NCBI GenBank assembly: GCA_951406725.2 | Contig: OX597841.1 | Coordinates: 26,412,001-26,476,000, forward strand | DNA from: Octopus vulgaris | Lineage: Eukaryota | Direction: 5' to 3' | DNA: 64,000 nt | In this document: piece by piece, positions 54,242 to 64,000 of the stretch | Layout of the letters: every line of letters starts with the position of its first letter | Position numbering within the stretch: position 1 is the first letter of the stretch | The notes under the pieces: generated by a model | Told to the model about the DNA's origin: nothing | Seen by the model: the letters and a program-made list of their open reading frames with translations, nothing else | Database searches by the model: none | Translations under genes and position numbers: made by a program

Positions 54242-54803
54242 CGGGCTTCTTTCAGTTTCCGCCTCCCAAAAGCCACCCCACACTCACAGGGATTTGTTCG
54301 GCCTGAATCTATAATAGAAGACATTTGCCGAAGGTGTCACGCAAAGACACACACACACACACACACACACGACGGGCTTCTTTCAGTTTCCGCCTCCCAA
54401 AATTCACCCCCACTCCCAGGGATTTGTCCGGCCTGAATCTATAATAGAAGACATTTGCCGAAGGTGCCACGCAAAGACACACACACACACACACACACAC
54501 ACGACGGGCTTCTTTCAGTTTCCGCCTCCCAAAATTCACCCCCACTCCCAGGGATTTGTTCGGCCTGAATCTATAATAGAAGACATTTGCCGAAGGTGCC
54601 ACGCAAAGACACACACACACACACACACACACACACGACGGGCTTCTTTCAGTTTCCACCTCCCAAAATTCACCCCCCTCACTCCCAGGGCTTTGGTCGG
54701 CCTGAATCTATAATAGAAGACACTTGCCGAAAGGTGCCGCGCAATAGGACCGAACGCGGAAACAATGTGGTTGGGAGGCAAGCTTTCTTACCACACAGCC
54801 ACA
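53995..54803 (-). mobile_element. Diverged SINE A with its ~132-bp central segment present four times
   Basis: Units at about 54238, 54369, 54501, 54635. Confidence 0.88.
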
Positions 54804-55088
54804 AATAAATTTACGTGTGCGTATGTTTATATGTGTGTATATATATATATATATTTGTGTAGCTTCCGATGTGTTGCCAGCATCTTGTTGATGTTTCGTT
54901 TACCATACGGCAGGGAAAGGGAAAAACACCTGTTTGTTACCTGCGAAGTGAGATGTTAACCGTTTCATTACATTTTATCATTCTTTTTTTTTTGTTTTTT
55001 GTTCTTCATTTCATTTTCGGTAAGCGTCAGGGAAAGATTATGGACGCACTGAAGGGGAACACACACACACACACACACACACAGATAT

Positions 55089-55157
<69 letters not shown>

Positions 55158-55226
55158 TGTATAAATATTTTTTGTATATTTGTATATGCATATATATTTG
55201 TATATATATGCCTCTCTATCTCTCTC

Positions 55227-55284
<58 letters not shown>

Positions 55285-55329
55285 GAAATAATGTATAGAA
55301 ATCGGTTTCTAATAATTTTTCCACATAAA

Positions 55330-55384
<55 letters not shown>

Positions 55385-55401
55385 ATATCTATACATATAT
55401 C

Positions 55402-55529
<128 letters not shown>

Positions 55530-55585
55530 CTCTCTCACTCTATATATACATAAACATGCATATTTGTATATAAATATATATATAT

Positions 55586-55643
<58 letters not shown>

Positions 55644-56061
55644 ATATATGTATCTTTATATATGTATGTATTTATATATGTGTGTATATATATATATATG
55701 TATGTATTTATATGTGTATGTGTATATATATATATAAATATGTATATAGAACTTATAAACATCTAATTAATAAAGTGGACATATTATCAAAAACGCAATT
55801 TATATTTATTTGAAATATATATTACTGTACCAAGGAAATTTTTTCATATTCTGATATATATATACACACACACACGCATATATATATATATAGTGCGGCA
55901 AAAACTATTACATCGAAAATTCGAATTCCCTATCAATATCATTTGTTTTTTGTTTTATGAATATGTACCCAACAAAGTCTATTTAGTAATCTTACCGTTT
56001 ACAATAAAATTCTTGCGTGTTTTGGAAATTTTTTATACCCCGACATGAAAATACGCATAAA

Positions 56062-56208
<147 letters not shown>

Positions 56209-56376
56209 TTACTTGTGTTAATATGCTCAAAAGTAAATGTATGTAAAATATATGTAAATTTATACACACGCATATATATATATATATATATATATATAAT
56301 GTGGTGTGTATAATACGTACATAATAAGATATGAATACATGCATATATATATATTATATATAGTGTGTGGTGTATA

Positions 56377-56433
<57 letters not shown>

Positions 56434-56709
56434 ATATATAAAAGGAGTAAGAGAGAGAGTTTATATTCATAGGAGAATTGTCAGTCTTACGTATCCAACT
56501 TTATATATTTATGTATGTATCTCTCTAGACGTGTACGGCCGCTCGCACTTATACATACATGCATACATACCTGCATACGTACGTACGTACATATGTATAT
56601 CAGCGAATATGTCCCCTTTTTAAAATTCATGGGACGTACAGTTTATCACCCATAAGATCGTGCATTAATATGCGTGCGACTTGGCCAGAGTTTTGTCCAT
56701 ATGTACATG

Positions 56710-56743
<34 letters not shown>

Positions 56744-56798
56744 CATATGTGTGTGTGTGCACTTATATATACGTATATATGTACACACACATATATGC

Positions 56799-56829
<31 letters not shown>

Positions 56830-56847
56830 TACACACATATATGTGCA

Positions 56848-56913
<66 letters not shown>

Positions 56914-56963
56914 TATCTTAAGCTATATTATGTGCTAGTGAGCATAATAATAATAATATACAC

Positions 56964-57001
<38 letters not shown>

Positions 57002-57135
57002 TGACGTAGGAAACGGAAGATATTAGTTAATCCTGGCTCTTATTCTCTGTCTGTCTGTCTGTCTATGTATCTATTTATTTACTTATATATATATATCTGT
57101 CTGTCTATCCATCTAAGCATCTATATGTCACACTT

Positions 57136-57192
<57 letters not shown>

Positions 57193-57705
57193 GTGGAAAT
57201 TTTACCGGTGAGTGTAACATTATAAGGCACAAAAAGAAAATGACTCTCCCCAGATACGAAAGTATATATATATGTGTGCGTATATATATATATATATATA
57301 TACATATATATACATATATAAATTATCGGGTAGTGTCTTTTGGCTGAGGCGGGATGTTAGATATTTATTTGCATTCGCCGTTGGTGAGTGTGTGGCATTA
57401 ATGCGGTTTGGCAACAAATTATTCGATTCAGATTCTTTGAGGTCTAAATCAGAGACCTACCTAGCAATTAACATTTTGCTTTTTTTGTGTTCGGTTTGTT
57501 GTTTTTTTTTTTGTGTTAAACTGCAAGTAAAGGAATGCTGCGAGTATGTTTGTTTGTTTGTCTCTCTCTCTGTGCGAATATATATATATATATATTCATA
57601 TATATACACGTGTGTTTTTGTGAGTGTGACTTATCATGCAATAATATATATGCATTTATGCATATATATTTATATATTCAAACATACGTACGCCTATGTA
57701 TTTTA

Positions 57706-57746
<41 letters not shown>

Positions 57747-57768
57747 GCGTGTATGTATATATCTATAT

Positions 57769-57834
<66 letters not shown>

Positions 57835-58138
57835 AGATATATGCCTGTATATATATATATATATACACATACATACATACACCTACATACTTAGCTACGT
57901 ATATATACAACATTCTGTCCGGAGAACTGGCGGAATCGTTATCACCCCGGACAGGAAAAAAAATCCGTCAATCTTTACGTTCTGATTTCAAGTTACCTCA
58001 GAGTCGACTTTTAACTTTCATTTCGAGGTCCATAAAATTACGACCGGCTGAACACTCGTGTCCATGCCATTAACTAGTTACCTGTCCCAAATTTCATGCC
58101 CTTTTGCCTACATGCATACGCATGCGTATATATATATA

Positions 58139-58345
58139 TAGTAATCCGTAGCGGGTGTTCCAAATCCCCCGCGATAGGTGAAAATCTTCGTAGTAGAAAC
58201 AGCACTGTACTGTCTGTTGTTTTCTATTATTTTTATAATTTGTATATATTTTATTTTATCATAAGTGTAAAACAACACCATGGAGGACCTAATCTTAAAT
58301 AATAAACTGCGATTGTTGAACTGCTATATTGCGAAGGATTAACTC

Positions 58346-58347
<2 letters not shown>
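58139..58347. mobile_element. Tigger/pogo-like MITE remnant
   Basis: Ends TAGTAATCC... and ...GCGAAGGATTAAC, with internal CCCCCGCGATAGGTGAAAATC. Confidence 0.5.
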
Positions 58348-58408
<61 letters not shown>

Positions 58409-58414
58409 TAAACC

Positions 58415-58450
58415 CTGAAGAAGACGGCTTCCGCAAGTCTGAAACGCGTA
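58415..58450 (+). ncRNA. Minimal hammerhead core (stem I 3' strand missing)
   Basis: CUGAAGA-AGAC(loop)GUCU-GAAA-CGCG-UA: every conserved core base is present. Confidence 0.7.
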
Positions 58451-58466
58451 AAAAAGCAGAAAAGTA

Positions 58467-58512
<46 letters not shown>

Positions 58513-58521
58513 CACATATGT

Positions 58522-58565
<44 letters not shown>

Positions 58566-58603
58566 ATGTCAATATATATATATGCATGTATATAATATGT
58601 ATA

Positions 58604-58637
<34 letters not shown>

Positions 58638-59089
58638 AATTCTTTTCGGCGTATAGCGGAGCTCAGACCACCTATAGCTTTGTATATTATTATGTAGATA
58701 TCGGGTTGAAAAACTCTTTTTGATATAAGTCGTCGAATGCTGCCGGTGGAAAGCTTTGTTGCCGAAAAGTTTCTCTTTTAACCTAATATTTACTCGCTGT
58801 TATCTATAGCTTTATATGCTTCGAGATCCACTGTCCCCCAAAAGAATTAGAATCACTACTTCACTTTGTCTCCCGAAATTTTATAAAATTCTCCTGACGT
58901 TTTATGTGACAGAGCTGATAATTGTTAAGGGATTTACTGTGACAGGAAACCAATGGTAGCCTTAAAACATACACAAAAATCTTTTTGTATACCAATGCGG
59001 TGTTGAGCACACATCCGCATTGCTTGACATATACGTGTGTGTGTGTGTGTGTGTGCGTGTGTATTTATATATATATGTATGTATGTATG

Positions 59090-59156
<67 letters not shown>

Positions 59157-59535
59157 GTGTTTGTGTTTATAATCAACTTCTTGACACTAATACGAAAATG
59201 GAGTGTTACATAATCTTGCTGAAACCACAACTTACGTCGTTCTAGAGGGAATTATTGTCATCTGGTTTATTAGATTAGAAACCATTGTCTAACTTTAGGA
59301 TATAAGCTACAATTGGTACATTATTGTCAAAACAAATATGGAAATAACTAATGATTCACTTAATATTACTTTGCAAACCACAATTCTTGGTTAAGAAGAA
59401 TTTTAATCGAATTTTCAGACGGATTATTACTTAGGATTACAATATTCGTTGTGTCCATTTTTTTTTAGAGACAGTAGACTGTGATATGTAAGATATTTGG
59501 CTGCTATTTCTAGAAGGTGTAGCAGCAATCCAGAT

Positions 59536-59952
59536 CAGTGGTTCTCAACCAGGCTCCGCATGGCTCTTGGTGGGGAGAGGTCTATATAAAATTTTGTTGT
59601 TAAAATTTATCTGGAATAAATTTGCTTTAATTTTTATGTGCAGGAGTGGCTGTGTGGTAAGTAGCTTGCTTTCCGACCACACGCTTCCGGGTTCAGTCCC
59701 ACTGCGTGGTACATTGAGCAAGTGTCGATTTATTCGACTAAAGGTGGTGCTCCAGCATGGCCACAGTCAAATGCCAAACAAATAAAAGGATTCACAAAAT
59801 ATTTCAACAATTATTTTTTTACGCAATCCCTAATAATTATAAAGGTTTAATAGGTGTTTATTTCCAAAATCAAATGGGTACGAGGGTCCGACCGAGCAAT
59901 AAAGGAATCAAAAAGGGTCCATAGGCAAAAAATATATAGTTCAGAAACACTA
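59536..59952 (+). mobile_element. Old hAT-like MITE with an internally deleted SINE A (59641-59790)
   Basis: CAGTGGTTCTCAACC...GTTCAGAAACACTA, inserted within a repeat-E copy. Confidence 0.7.
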
Positions 59953-60239
59953 GTCTAGAATGTTCTCTGTTGGCTTCTGCTCACATATAATGAATAACAG
60001 TCAAATCTCCCTCAGAACATACGCTACTCCCTTACGTATGAACCAGTGAGAGGGACATCTATATAGCAGCGAGGTTTGGTAGCAATAGCAGCCATATCTC
60101 TCAAATCTCATCCTTCTGTCTTACGTATTTTTTGTATGCATGCATGTATGTATGTATGTATGTATGTATGTATGTATGTATGTATGTATGTATGTATGTA
60201 TGTGTGTGTGTGTGAGATTCACATCAATAGGATTTCACA

Positions 60240-64000
<3,761 letters not shown>

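Noticed and set aside
57361-57383. Microexon with a GTGAGT donor
   Set aside because: The donor appears to be the start of a decayed SINE-B-like head.

Overview
AT-rich eukaryotic DNA, almost all intronic or intergenic. The SINE families and very high microsatellite density look like an octopod cephalopod (Octopus); this is recognition, not a database result. No recognisable protein-coding gene, rRNA, tRNA or CRISPR array is present, and nearly all ORF-track entries are translated microsatellites or SINEs. The window holds three tRNA-derived SINE families (called A, B, C here), an older dispersed repeat (E), mariner/Tc1/Tigger and hAT remnants, an RTE LINE 3' end, Penelope-like ends with hammerhead ribozyme cores, many micro- and minisatellites, and a diverged ~265-bp satellite. 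A 100-N gap is flanked by a 1.5-kb duplication. A few short splice-bounded islands suggest a large-intron host gene, probably on +. Most notable: (1) SINE-B multimers at five loci share one junction at a hairpin loop; (2) several different minimal hammerhead cores; (3) a G-U-supported ~420-nt fold-back just after a candidate exon; (4) a hAT MITE trimer that moved as one unit and keeps an older target-site 8-mer inside; (5) a pre-miRNA-like hairpin next to a recursive-splice-like AG|GTAAGA site.
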